The position numbers and the translations under genes were made by a program. A stretch of 64,000 nt of DNA from Octopus sinensis (lineage: Eukaryota): assembly GCF_006345805.1 (NCBI RefSeq), contig NC_043003.1, forward strand, positions 54,126,001 to 54,190,000. Direction: 5' to 3'. How positions within the stretch are numbered: the first letter of the stretch is position 1; each line of letters begins with the position of its first letter. Below, piece after piece: positions 26,683 to 39,269 of the stretch. Under the pieces are notes generated by a model. That model did no database searches. It saw only the letters and a program-made list of their open reading frames with translations, and was not told the DNA's origin.

Positions 26683-28741
26683 AGCTTTCGATAGGGTGGA
26701 CCATCGATACTTGGAGGCGGTCCTCGGAGCGGCTGGCTTCGGTCCCGTCTTCCGCGGCTGGATAGCCGCTTTGTACAGAGCATCCGTTCGGTAATTCGCG
26801 TGAATGGACATCTATCGAGACCCTTCGACATCGCACGTTCGGTCCGTCAGGGATGCCCCCCTCTCGTCGCTTCTATACGTATTGACTCTCGAGCCATTAT
26901 TGCGGAAGCTGGCAACCTGAGAGGCATCCCGCGAGAACTGGGATGCGGGACGAGCGTGTCTGCATACGCGGACGACGTCACCATCATAGTGTCTAGCCAC
27001 GAGCACATCGAGCAGGTCGGCGAGACACTGAAAAACTACGAAGCGGTGACAGGAGCGAAAATCAACCGGGAAAGTCAGTGGGCTTGCGACTAGGCACCTG
27101 GAGAAGCAAGCCCATGCCGTCCACCAGCGCCTCCGTCGTGGGACGCTGGACCGACGGCCCGTTGAGTTGCTCGGGGTCTGGTTTGGTCCGGACCTCCAAG
27201 TGGAGAAGAACTGGAACGAGATAACGAGTAGGGTGGTCACTCTCGCCCGGCAATGGGCCGAGAGGAAACTGTCCCTAAAAGGTCGGGCGGAGGTGGCGAA
27301 CACGTACATCGCGTCCGTCATCTACTACCGCCTGACCGTCGTACCTTGTCCCGACCCTACCATCACCAAACTACAACGCTTCTCTTTCGCTTCTTGTGGA
27401 AAGGATGCGTCCCGATGGTCAGGCGATCCATTTGCTGTCAACACCCATTAAAAGGAGGGCTGGGCATGCCGTGGTTGATGATGCGCAGACGCGCGCTGAG
27501 ACTGCGACATCTCTGGCTCTATGTAGACGACGGTGAACAGGTGTGTGTCGCCGTTTGTGAGGCACGCTTTCCCGCAGCTCGTCTCCATGACCGAACTGCA
27601 GTCGTGGATCAAAAAGAGGCCGAGGAAGGGCGAATGGCACCGCGAGTGTCGCGTTGCTCTCAAGCAACTCTGCCGTCCTGGGTCGACCTTGAGTGACTTC
27701 AACACAACCAAAGCATTCTATAGGGGTTTAGTGGAGGGGAGGTACGACGACGAGCTCGGGGCGAACCTGGACGTCGACGAGGAGTACCTGACCCCCTGTT
27801 CAGGACGACTTTCGGGCCAGGGCCCATGGACAACTTCCAGAGATCCCTGGCCTGGCAGTGCTACCGAGAAGCGCTACCCGTTCGGGATAAGCTCTACAGA
27901 CACGGCTCGAGAACACGGGGCCGACCTGCCCGAGATGCGGTCAGAGCGACGAAACCGTTCTGCACGCACTCGTGCAGTGTCCAACAATTTCCGACTTGTG
28001 GGCTTATGTCGAACACTGCTGTCACGTGTGGGACGAGTCGGTTTATCAGCTGAGTCTATCGTCAATATTGTCACGCCTCCTTCCTTCAAACGGGAGGAAG
28101 AGCTATTTTCATCATCCTTGTGGCTATGGCGAAAGAATGTATCTGGTGGACGCGTCTGAAAGATTGGAGACAAACACTTTCCTCTCTGGTCAATCTCTCA
28201 TCAACTTCTTCAAGTACCACTTGAAAAGGAAAGTGAGAGTAGAGAGGCAAGTTTTGTCTAGCGAATGTTTTAAAGAAAGATGGGTGAATGTAGCAAGAAT
28301 GGCACGTATGAATGACGAAGCCACCTTGAGCATGATCCTATGAACCCAGAAATTGAAAACAGAGAGTTGCTTATTTGCAAAAAAAAAAAAAAAGAAATAT
28401 AACATGTGACTTCATTGACCGAGGTTACCGTGGTCTTTTCCGTAGGCTTTTCTTTCCACGGGTAAACCTCACCTGTCCTCCCTTTACACTTCATATTGAC
28501 ATTTCTGTGATAACGATCCCTATTGATCAATTTTTTTTTTCTTCCCTCCCCTTTTTTTACCCCCCCTTTTTTTTGTCCTCTTTCTCTCCTTTTACGATCC
28601 CTTTTGATCGAAACTCCCCCTTCCCTTTTTTATTATTATTTATTTATTTATTAAAAAAAATTTTTTTTTTAAACCTTCAAAAGAAAGCTCTACCTTGTAA
28701 TTTGTTCTATCTGTGTGCAGCCCTGTGTGGCTATAAAGAAA

Positions 28742-28742
<1 letters not shown>
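26683..28742 (+). mobile_element. Tx1/L1-clade LINE, 5'-truncated copy 4 (RT, zinc knuckle, 3' UTR), frameshifted
   Basis: GC-rich island. RT motifs AFDRVDH, RQGCP and YADD; L1/Tx1-typical W..RKLSLKGRAEVANTY; CPRCGQSDETVLHALVQC (CX2CX8HX4C); stop at 28,343. (TATC)n at both ends. Confidence 0.92.
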
Positions 28743-28773
<31 letters not shown>

Positions 28774-28778
28774 TATCT

Positions 28779-28821
<43 letters not shown>

Positions 28822-29113
28822 GTTTATATGTACATATATAAATCTATTCGCAGGTCAGCTACGGAGGTATATACCTGCTTGGTGTGTCGTTACGTTCGAT
28901 TATATAGGTCAGATATTTGTGTACACAATTTTAGTGTCTCGTAAATGGATGACATCCTAAGACAATGTTTCGTATCAGGCGTCAAATGTTTATATTCCCG
29001 TATATTTACAGACGTATTGACAGATTCCAATCTGATGCAAGAGATTAAAAAAGCCAACCACAGTAACACAGATTTCGTAAGCTGTCTGGCAATATCATAA
29101 TGTTTCTTATTAG

Positions 29114-29266
29114 AAAAGAACTGAAGAGGCCAGTTGTTTATGGGTTATCCGTGATGAAGAGAAAGAAACATTTCCCGAAGTCAGACAACTTCATCAGCGG
29201 CAAACCCAGTAAAAACAGTGAAGACGATCACCCAGTAGCTCAAAGTGCTGGAGTCAAATGCCAGGC
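29114..29266 (+). CDS. Candidate internal coding exon, 153 nt, phase 2-2: KELKRPVVYGLSVMKRKKHFPKSDNFISGKPSKNSEDDHPVAQSAGVKCQ
   Basis: Acceptor TGTTTCTTATTAG, donor GC|GTGAGT, length divisible by 3, open frame, non-repetitive sequence. Phase-compatible with the 14,712 donor. Confidence 0.5.
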
Positions 29267-29321
29267 GTGAGTTACACGAGGATTCCCAGTATAAGTAGAT
29301 GATGAGAATGATATATATATA

Positions 29322-29352
<31 letters not shown>

Positions 29353-30135
29353 ACAGATGTTTGGCAAAATCCGGTATAACTGCGGGGTGCGGGATGCGGT
29401 TAAAGGGCGTGATCATTTCCGATATGAAGAATTTTGAATAAAACTCGAACGTGAACTGGAGAAATTATAATTGCTATGCATGGACCTCCACCAAAGCACA
29501 CATGGTGCTGCACACACAATTCTGTCCATTTCGGGTGTCCTTGGTATTTTGATCAATATGAGCCGTGTGTCTTCTTGCCAGTATAAATAACAAGGTGCAA
29601 TATGAGATGGAATTTGGTTGCTATTTCTAGCATCTCAGATGACTTTGTCCCGTCTTCATCGTTGCTTCGTTTTGGAAATGAGTTAATTATAGTGGCGGAT
29701 TAAATGACATTTCTCAGCAAAGTATTTCTTTGAATCGTTTATACACGGATTAGCGTGATCAAAGAATTATGTTCTAAAAATTCATTTTATTTCCTTCATC
29801 TTGCATCTTCTAAATTTATTTGGACATCACAGTAACCGGAAGACGGTTATTGTGGCGTCGGTGATTGAGGCTTAAATGGATTTACTGACTACTCTGCGTA
29901 GCTGGGAAAATATTGATGTCGTTCTATCGGTAAAGTAGATAAAACTTATATATAGTTTTATTCCTGACGATGTCTGCCACCCTCCCTAACGTCTCTGGTC
30001 TGTCTGTGTGACTGTCATTCCCTCATCCCCTCTCCCGCCGTCTCTGAGTATCTGAATATCGCCTATCAGTAACTGGCTCTCTCAATCTGCGTGTATGTGT
30101 GTGCGTTTGTTTGCTTGTGTGTGTGTGTGTGTGTA

Positions 30136-30188
<53 letters not shown>

Positions 30189-30204
30189 GTGTGTATTCTT
30201 TTTT

Positions 30205-30570
30205 ATCCTCTTTTATTTGTTTCAGTAAGTTGATTGCGGGCATACTGCAGCACCGCCTTTAGTCGAACAAAACGAACTCAGGACTCATTATTTATAAGCC
30301 TAGTACTTACTCTACCGGTATCTCTTGTCGTACCGCTAGATTACAAGGACATAAACACTCCAACATCATTTATCAAGTGATGTTGGGGTGACACACACAC
30401 ACACCACACACAACACACACTCATATATGACGGGATTCTTTCAGTTTCCGTCTATCAAATCTCAAGACGTTTTTGTCAGCCCAGGATTCTAGTAGTAAAC
30501 ACTTGCCCACTTCTAGTGGGGCTAAATCAGAAACCATGTGGTTGGGAAGCAAACTTCTTGCCGCACAGAC
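30205..30570 (-). mobile_element. SINE family 2
   Basis: Same head/tail architecture as the other copies. Confidence 0.75.
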
Positions 30571-30937
30571 ACACCATGTAATACATACATACATACATAC
30601 ATACATACACACATACATACATATGGATATATATACATATATAAATTTATATATATATGTACATATATATACTATATATACATATATGCATTTGTTATCA
30701 TAAACATACATACACACACATATTTATGCATTTATATATAATATATATACTTATTCTATATAGGTTCTATGTATATATATTATTTCTAAAATGTTCTGTA
30801 TATATATTTCTATAATATATAATGTGTGGTATATATATGTGTGTGCGTTTTGATATAATATATATATATATTAGTATATATATTTCTCTATATATATTAT
30901 GTGTATATATATATATATATAATATATATATTATATA

Positions 30938-33900
30938 TTATATAAAAGGGCTTAGTAAAATAATTACTTTGCCGCATACTGAACTCATTAGAAATAGCAG
31001 CTAAAAAACTTTTTTAAGGCTATTTCTAATACTTAAAGAAAATCTCTCTCATATATAGTGTTTGCATAATTTAACTCACAAAAGTTTGGGGGTAATGACA
31101 TCGAAAAATCAAATGCTAAGGTTATTCGAGAACGTACGTTCAAGATTAGTCAAAACAACATTTCTATCATCGGCTCGGAAATTCCTTGGTTTGGATTTGG
31201 AAACACTGAAAATAAGAACATACCCTCTCGAAGATCTGCTCCCAACTAACAGTGTCAACAAATTCAAAATAAGCAAGCGAAGAATCTCTGTTCTCCCCTT
31301 TCCACCAGCGTGGTTAAAATCATCAAACTCTATGCTTATTTCGGTAAGTCCGAAGCATTAATCAGAGGGAGATTATAATTATAATTTCAACAATTGAGGG
31401 CAAAATTAATCAATTTCACCAGTGTTCAGTATTAGCAAAGGGACCATTCAAGGCAATTCAAATTATTACATTATATAAAAGGGCTTAGTAAAATAAATTA
31501 CTTTGCCGCATACTGAACTCATTAGAAATAGCAGCTAAAAAACTTTTTTAAGGCTATTTCAATACTAAAGAAAATCTCTCTCATATATAGTGTTTGCATA
31601 ATTTAACTCACAAAAGTTTGGGGGTAATGACATCGAAAAATCAAATGCTAAGGTTATTCGAGAACGTACGTTTCAAGATTAGTCAAAACAACATTTCTAT
31701 CATCGGCTCGGAAATTCCTTCGTTTGGATTTGGAAACACTGAAAATAAGAACATACCCTCTCGAATCTGCTCCCAACTAACAGTGTCAACAAATTCAAAA
31801 TAAGCAAGCGAAGAATCTCTGTTCTCCCCTTTCCACCAGCGTGGGTTAAAATCATCAAACTCTATGCTTATTCGGTAAAGTCCGAAGCATTAATCAGAGG
31901 GAGATTAATTATAATTTCAACATTGAGGGCAAAATTAATCAATTTCACCAAGTGTTCAGTATGCAAAGGGACCATTCAAGGCGAATTCAAATTATTACAT
32001 TATATAAAAGGGCTTAGTAAAATAAATACTTTGCCGCATACTGAACTCATTAGAAATAGCAGCTAAAAAACTTTTTTAAGGCTATTTCTAATACTTAAAG
32101 AAAATCTCTCTCATATATAGTGTTTGCATAATTTAACTCACAAAAGTTTGGGGGTAATGACATCGAAAAATCAAATGCTAAGGTTATTCGAGAACGTACG
32201 TTTCAAGATTAGTCAAAACAACATTTCTATCATCGGCTCGGAAATTCCTTGGTTTGGATTTGGAAACACTGAAAATAAGAACATACCCTCTCGAAGATCT
32301 GCTCCCAACTAACAGTGTCAACAAATTCAAAATAAGCAAGCGAAGAATCTCTGTTCTCCCCTTTCCACCAGCGTGGGTTAAAATCATCAAACTCTATGCT
32401 TATTTCGGTAAAGTCCGAAGCATTAATCAGAGGGAGATTAATTATAATTTCAACAATTGAGGGCAAAATTAATCAATTTCACCAAGTGTTCAGTATGCAA
32501 AGGGACCATTCAAGGCGAATTCAAATTATTACATTATATAAAAGGGCTTAGTAAAATAAATTACTTTGCCGCATACTGAACTCATTAGAAATAGCAGCTA
32601 AAAAACTTTTTTAGGCTATTTCTAATACTTAAAGAAAATCTCTCTCATATATAGTGTTTGCATAATTTAACTCACAAAAGTTTGGGGGTAATGACATCGA
32701 AAAATCAAATGCTAAGGTTATTCGAGAACGTACGTTTCAAGATTAGTCAAAACACATTTTATCATCGGCTCGGAAATTCCTTGGTTTGGATTTGGAACAC
32801 TGAAAATAAGAACATCCCTCTCGAAGATCTGCTCCCAACTACTACAGTGTCAACAAATTCAAAATAAGCAAGCGAAGAATCTCTGTTCTCCCCTTTCCAC
32901 CAGCGTGGTTAAAATCATCTAACTCTATGCTTATTTCGGTAAAGTCCGAAGCATTAATCAGAGGGAGATTAATTATAATTTCAACAATTGAGGGCAAAAT
33001 TAATCATTTCACCAAGTGTTCAGTATGCAAAGGGACCATTCAAGGCGAATTCAAATTATTACATTATATAAAAGGGCTTAGTAAAATAAATCTTTGCCGC
33101 ATACTGAACTCATTAGAAATAGCAGCTAAAAAACTTTTTTAAGGCTATTTCTAATACTTAAAGAAATCTCTCTCATATATAGTGTTTGCATAATTTAAAC
33201 TCACAAAAGTTTGGGGGTAATGACATCGAAAAATCAAATGCTAAGGTTATTCTAGAACGTACGTTTCAAGATTAGTCAAAACAACATTTCTATCATCGGC
33301 TCGGAAATTCCTTGGTTTGGATTTGGAAACACTGAAAATAAGAACATACCCTCTCGAAGATCTGCTCCCAACTAACAGTGTCAACAAATTCAAAATAAGC
33401 AAACACTATATATGAGAGAGATTTTCTTTAAGTATTAGAAATAGCCTTAAAAAAGTTTTTTAGCTGCTATTTCTAATGAGTTCAGTATGCGGCAAAGTAA
33501 TTTATTTTACTAAGCCCTTTTATATAATGTAATAATTTGAATTCGCCTTGAATGGTCCCTTTGCATACTGAACACTTGGTGAAATTGATTAATTTTGCCC
33601 TCAATTGTTGAAATTATAATTAATCTCCCTCTGATTAATGCTTCGGACTTACCGAAATAAGCATAGAGTTTGATGATTTTAACCCACGCTGGTGGAAAGG
33701 GAGAACAGAGATTCTTCGCTTGCTTATTTTGAATTTGTTGACACTGTTAGTTGGGAGCAGATCTTCGAGAGGGTATGTTCTTATTTTCAGTTTCCAAATC
33801 CAAACCAAGGAATTTCCGAGCCGATGATAGAAATGTTGTTTTGACTAATCTTGAAACGTACGTTCTCGAATAACCTTAGCATTTGATTTTTCGATGTCAT

Positions 33901-36900
33901 TACCCCCAAACTTTTGTGAGTTAAATTATGCAAACACTATATATGAAGAGATTTTCTTTAAGTATTAGAAATAGCCTTAAAAAAGTTTTTTAGCTGCTAT
34001 TTCTAATGAGTTCAGTATGCGGCAAAGTAATTTATTTTACTAAGCCCTTTTATATATGTAATAATTTGAATTCGCCTTGAATGGTCCCTTTGCATACTGA
34101 ACACTTGGTGAATTGATTAATTTTGCCCTCAATTGTTGAAATTATAATTAATCTCCCTCTGATTAATGCTTCGACTTTACCGAAAAGCATAGAGTTTGAT
34201 GATTTTAACCACGCTGGTGGAAAGGGGAGAACAGAGATTCTTCGCTTGCTTATTTTGAATTTGTTGACACTGTTAGTTGGGAGCAGATCTTCGAGAGGGT
34301 ATGTTCTTATTTTCAGTGTTTCCAAATCCAAACCAAGGAATTTCCGAGCCGATGATAGAAATGTTGTTTTGACTAATCTTGAAACGTACGTTCTCGAATA
34401 ACCTTAGCATTTGATTTTTCGATGTCATTACCCCCAAACTTTTGTGGTTAAATTATGCAAACACTATATATGAGAGAGATTTTCTTTAAGTATTAGAAAT
34501 AGCCTTAAAAAAGTTTTTTAGCTGCTATTTCTAATGAGTTCAGTATGCGGCAAAGTAATTATTTTACTAAGCCCTTTTATATAATGTAATAATTTGAATT
34601 CGCCTTGAATGGTCCCTTTGCATACTGAACACTTGGTGAAATTGATTAATTTTGCCCTCAATTGTTGAAATTATAATTAATCTCCCTCTGATTAATGCTT
34701 CGGACTTTACCGAAATAAGCATAGAGTTTGATGATTTTAACCCACGCTGGTGGAAAGGGGAGAACAGAGATTCTTCGCTTGCTTATTTTGAATTTGTTGA
34801 CACTGTTAGTTGGGAGCAGATCTTCGAGAGGGTATGTTCTTATTTTCAGTGTTTCCAAATCCAAACCAAGGAATTTCCGAGCCGATGATAGAAATGTTGT
34901 TTTGACTAATCTTGAAACGTACGTTCTCGAATAACCTTAGCATTTGATTTTTCGATGTCATTACCCCCAAACTTTTGTGAGTTAAATTATGCAAACACTA
35001 TATATGAGAGAGATTTTCTTTAAGTATTAGAATAGCCTTAAAAAAGTTTTTTAGCTGCTATTTCTAATGAGTTCAGTATGCGGCAAAGTAATTTATTTTA
35101 CTAAGCCCTTTTATATAATAATAATTTGAATTCGCCTTGAATGGTCCCTTTGCATACTGAACTCTTGGTGAAATTGATTAATTTTGCCCTCAATTGTTGA
35201 AATTTAATTAATCTCCCTCTGATTAATGCTTCGGACTTTACCGAAATAAGCATAGAGTTTGATGATTTTAACCCACGCTGGTGGAAAGGGAGAACAGAGA
35301 TTCTTCGCTTGCTTATTTTGAATTTGTTGACACTGTTAGTTGGGAGCAGATCTTCGAGAGGGTATGTTCTTATTTTCAGTGTTTCCAAATCCAAACCAAG
35401 GAATTTCCGAGCCGATGATAGAAATGTTGTTTTGACTAATCTTGAAACGTACGTTCTCGAATAACCTTAGCATTTGATTTTTCGATGTCATTACCCCCCA
35501 ACTTTTGTGAGTTAAATTATGCAAACACTATATATGAGAGAGATTTTCTTTAAGTATTAGAAATAGCCTTAAAAAAGTTTTTTAGCTGCTATTTCTAATG
35601 AGTTCAGTATGCGGCAAAGTAATTTATTTTACTAAGCCCTTTTATATAATGTAATAATTTGAATTCGCCTTGAATGGTCCCTTTGCATACTGAACACTTG
35701 GTGAAATTGATTAATTTTGCCCTCAATTGTTGAAATTATAATTAATCTCCCTCTGATTAATGCTTCGGACTTTACCGAAATAAGCATAGAGTTTGATGAT
35801 TTTAACCCACGCTGGTGGAAAGGGGAGAACAGAGATTCTTCTTCGCTTGCTTATTTGAATTTGTTGACACTGTTAGTTGGGAGCAGATCTTCGAGAGGGT
35901 ATGTTCTTATTTTCAGTGTTTCCAAATCCAACCAAGGAATTTCCGAGCCGATGATAGAAATTTGTTTTGACTAATCTTGAAACGTACGTTCTCGAATAAC
36001 CTTAGCATTTGATTTTTCGATGTCATTACCCACCCCCAAACTTTTGTGAGTTAAATTATGCAAACACTATATATGAGAGAGATTTTCTTTAAGTATTAGA
36101 AATAGCCTTAAAAAAGTTTTTTAGCTGCTATTTCTAATGAGTTCAGTATGCGGCAAAGTAATTTATTTTACTAAGCCCTTTTATATAATGTAATAATTTG
36201 AATTCGCCTTGAATGGTCCCTTTGCATACTGAACACTTGGTGAAATTGATTAATTTTGCCCTCAATTGTTGAAATTATAATTAATCTCCCTCTGATTAAT
36301 GCTTCGGACTTTACCGAAATAAGCATAGATTTTGATGATTTTAACCCACGCCAACGCTGGTGGAAAGGGAGAACAGAGATTCTTCGCTTGCTTATTTTGA
36401 ATTGTTGACACTGTTAGTTGGGAGCAGATCTTCGAGAGGGTATGTTCTTATTTTCAGTGTTTCCAAATCCAACCAAGGAATTTCCGAGCCGATGATAGAA
36501 ATGTTGTTTTGACTAATCTTGAAACGTACGTTCTCGAATAACCTTAGCATTTGATTTTTCGATGTCATTACCTACCCCCCAACTTTTGTGAGTTAAATTA
36601 TGCAAACACTATATATGAGAGAGATTTTCTTTAAGTATTAGAAATAGCCTTAAAAAGTTTTTTAGAGCTGCTATTTCTAATGAGTTCAGTATGCGGCAAA
36701 GTATTTATTTTACTAGCCCTTTTTATAATGTAATAATTTGAATTCGCCTTGAATGGTCCCTTTGCATACTGAACACTTGTGTGAATTGATTAATTTTGCC
36801 CTCAATTGTTGAAATTATAATTAATCTCCCTCTGATTAATGCTTCGGACTTTACCGAAATAAGCATAGAGTTTGATGATTTTAACCCACGCTGGTGGAAA

Positions 36901-37878
36901 GGGGAGACAGAGATTCTTCGCTTGCTTATTTTGAATTTGTTGACACTGTTAGTTGGGAGCAGATCTTCGAGAGGGTATGTTCTTATTTTCAGTGTTTCCA
37001 AATCCAAACCAAGGAATTTCCGAGCCGATGATAGAAATGTTGTTTTGACTAATCTTGAAACGTACGTTCTCGAATAACCTTAGCATTTGATTTTTCGATG
37101 TCATTACCCCCAAACTTTTGTGAGTTAAATTATGCAAACACTATATATGAGAGAGATTTTCTTTAAGTATTAGAAATAGCCTTAAAAAAGTTTTTTAGCT
37201 GCTATTTCTAATGAGTTCAGTATGCGGCAAAGTAATTTATTTTACTAAGCCCTTTTATATAATGTAATAATTTGAATTCGCCTTGAATGGTCCCTTTGCA
37301 TACTGAACACTTGGTGAAATTGATTAATTTTGCCCTCAATTGTTGAAATTATAATTAATCTCCCTCTGATTAATGCTTCGGACTTTACCGAAATAAGCAT
37401 AGAGTTTGATGATTTTAACCCACGCTGTGGAAAGGGGAGAACAGAGATTCTTCGCTTGCTTATTTTGAATTTGTTGACACTGTTAGTTGGGAGCAGATCT
37501 TCGAGAGGTATGTTCTTATTTTCAGTGTTTCCAAATCCAACCAAGGAATTTCCGAGCCGATGATAGAAATGTTGTTTTGACTAATCTGAAACGTACGTTC
37601 TCGAATAACCTTAGCATTTGATTTTTCGATGTCATTACCCCCAAACTTTTGTGAGTTAAATTATGCAAACACTATATATGAGAGAGATTTTCTTTAAGTA
37701 TTAGAAATAGCCTTAAAAAAGTTTTTTAGCTGCTATTTCTAATGAGTTCAGTATGCGGCAAAGTAATTTTTTTACTAAGCCCTTTTATATAATGTAATAT
37801 TTGAAATTCGCCTTGAATGGTCCCTTTGCATACTGAACACTTGGTGAAATTGATTAATTTTGCCCTCAATTGTTGAAA
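30938..37878. repeat. Tandem array of a ~530-534-bp unit, ~13 copies, orientation switch at ~33,400
   Basis: TATAAAAGGGCTTAG at 30,941, 31,474, 32,003, 32,537 and 33,067. Its reverse complement recurs 9 times between ~33,514 and ~37,780. (TA)n on both flanks. Confidence 0.97.
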
Positions 37879-37881
37879 TAT

Positions 37882-37923
<42 letters not shown>

Positions 37924-38721
37924 ATATATATATTTCTATATATGTATGTATGCATACGCACACACATACACATATATATGTGTGTGTATATACCATGTAC
38001 AATTAGCAATCATGCATTGTTTTATTGGTAACAATTCTTCGCATATGTTACAAAGGGGTGCGTCATATGTGAGCAAGTTCAAACGGAATTTGAAAGTAGA
38101 ATGTGCTTTGCGACCCCTTGAAAGGAATGTGGCACCAGTATCTGAATAAATAAGCAACTGCAATATTTATTATGCCTTTATTTTAATGGAGTGTATCAGC
38201 CTGTCTGTCTCACTCTGTACACACACGTACACAGACACATAGACGCACACTCACTCTCACACACACATACACAGACATATAGACGCACACATAAACACAG
38301 AGACACTCACTCTCACACGCATATATACATACATACATACATACATACATAAAGATATACACACATCACTGAACTGGCCGAGTTGGATACAATGCCACGC
38401 GGCACTTGTTCCGTCTCGCCGATCTCTTTGCGTTCTGAGTTCAAAATCCGACTTCTGTTTCTGCAGAATAACACGTGATTGGGGACCTAGCATGAAATAG
38501 ATTTAGGAATCATTTAGCAAGTGATGAAGCATTTTCCTGAATCCTTTCAGTGTCAGTACAAAACTAGAAATATAAGAATGCTAGGAGACTTTAACGCCAT
38601 GTGTAGTCAATGAACGAATATATTGTATGTATGTATGTATGTATGTATGTATGTATGTATGTATGTATGTATGTATGTATGTATGTATGTATGAATGTTA
38701 TAATACACATATATATATAGA

Positions 38722-38955
38722 AGGCGGCGAGTTGGCAGAAACGTTTGCATTCCGGGCGAAATGCTTCGCTGTATTTCGTCTGCCGTTACGTTCTGAGTTC
38801 AAATTCCGCCGAGGTCGACTTTGCCTTTCATCCTTTCGGGGTCGATAAATTAAGTACCAGTTACGCATTGGGATCGATGTAATCGACTTAATCCGTTTGT
38901 CTGTCCTTGTTTGTTCCCTCTATGTTTAGCCCCTTGTAGGCAATAAAGAAATAAA
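38722..38955 (+). mobile_element. Full monomeric SINE family 1 with tail type A
   Basis: A-box-like TGGCAGAAACG, B-box GAGTTCAAATTCC, core, and tail ending GCAATAAAGAAATA. Confidence 0.9.
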
Positions 38956-39167
38956 TACATATATATATATATTCACATATATGTAGGTCCCGGGTTGAGT
39001 TGGGGTTAACCACAGTAAATAAGGTACTCAATACATAGCAGAGTAAATTAATTTATTATATTTATTATAATAAAAAAATATATTCACATATATATAATAT
39101 ATATGTATAATACATATAATCTCTCTCTCTCTCTGTATATATATATATATATATATATGCATATATA

Positions 39168-39247
<80 letters not shown>

Positions 39248-39269
39248 ATAAACTTAGATATGTTTTCGA

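Noticed and set aside
34735-34800. SH3 domain (DDFNPRWWKGE resembles SH3 n-Src loop)
   Set aside because: No ALYD/EL motif upstream and no G.FP.NYV downstream; chance similarity likely.
37994-38141. Apparent minus-strand host exon with good splice sites (TGATFLSRGRK...CNICEELLPIKQCMIANC)
   Set aside because: The peptide resembles the C-terminal zinc-knuckle region of I-clade LINE ORF2 (LL..D.PLC..C...L.VKHIL..C), so it is more likely a decayed LINE; not resolved either way.
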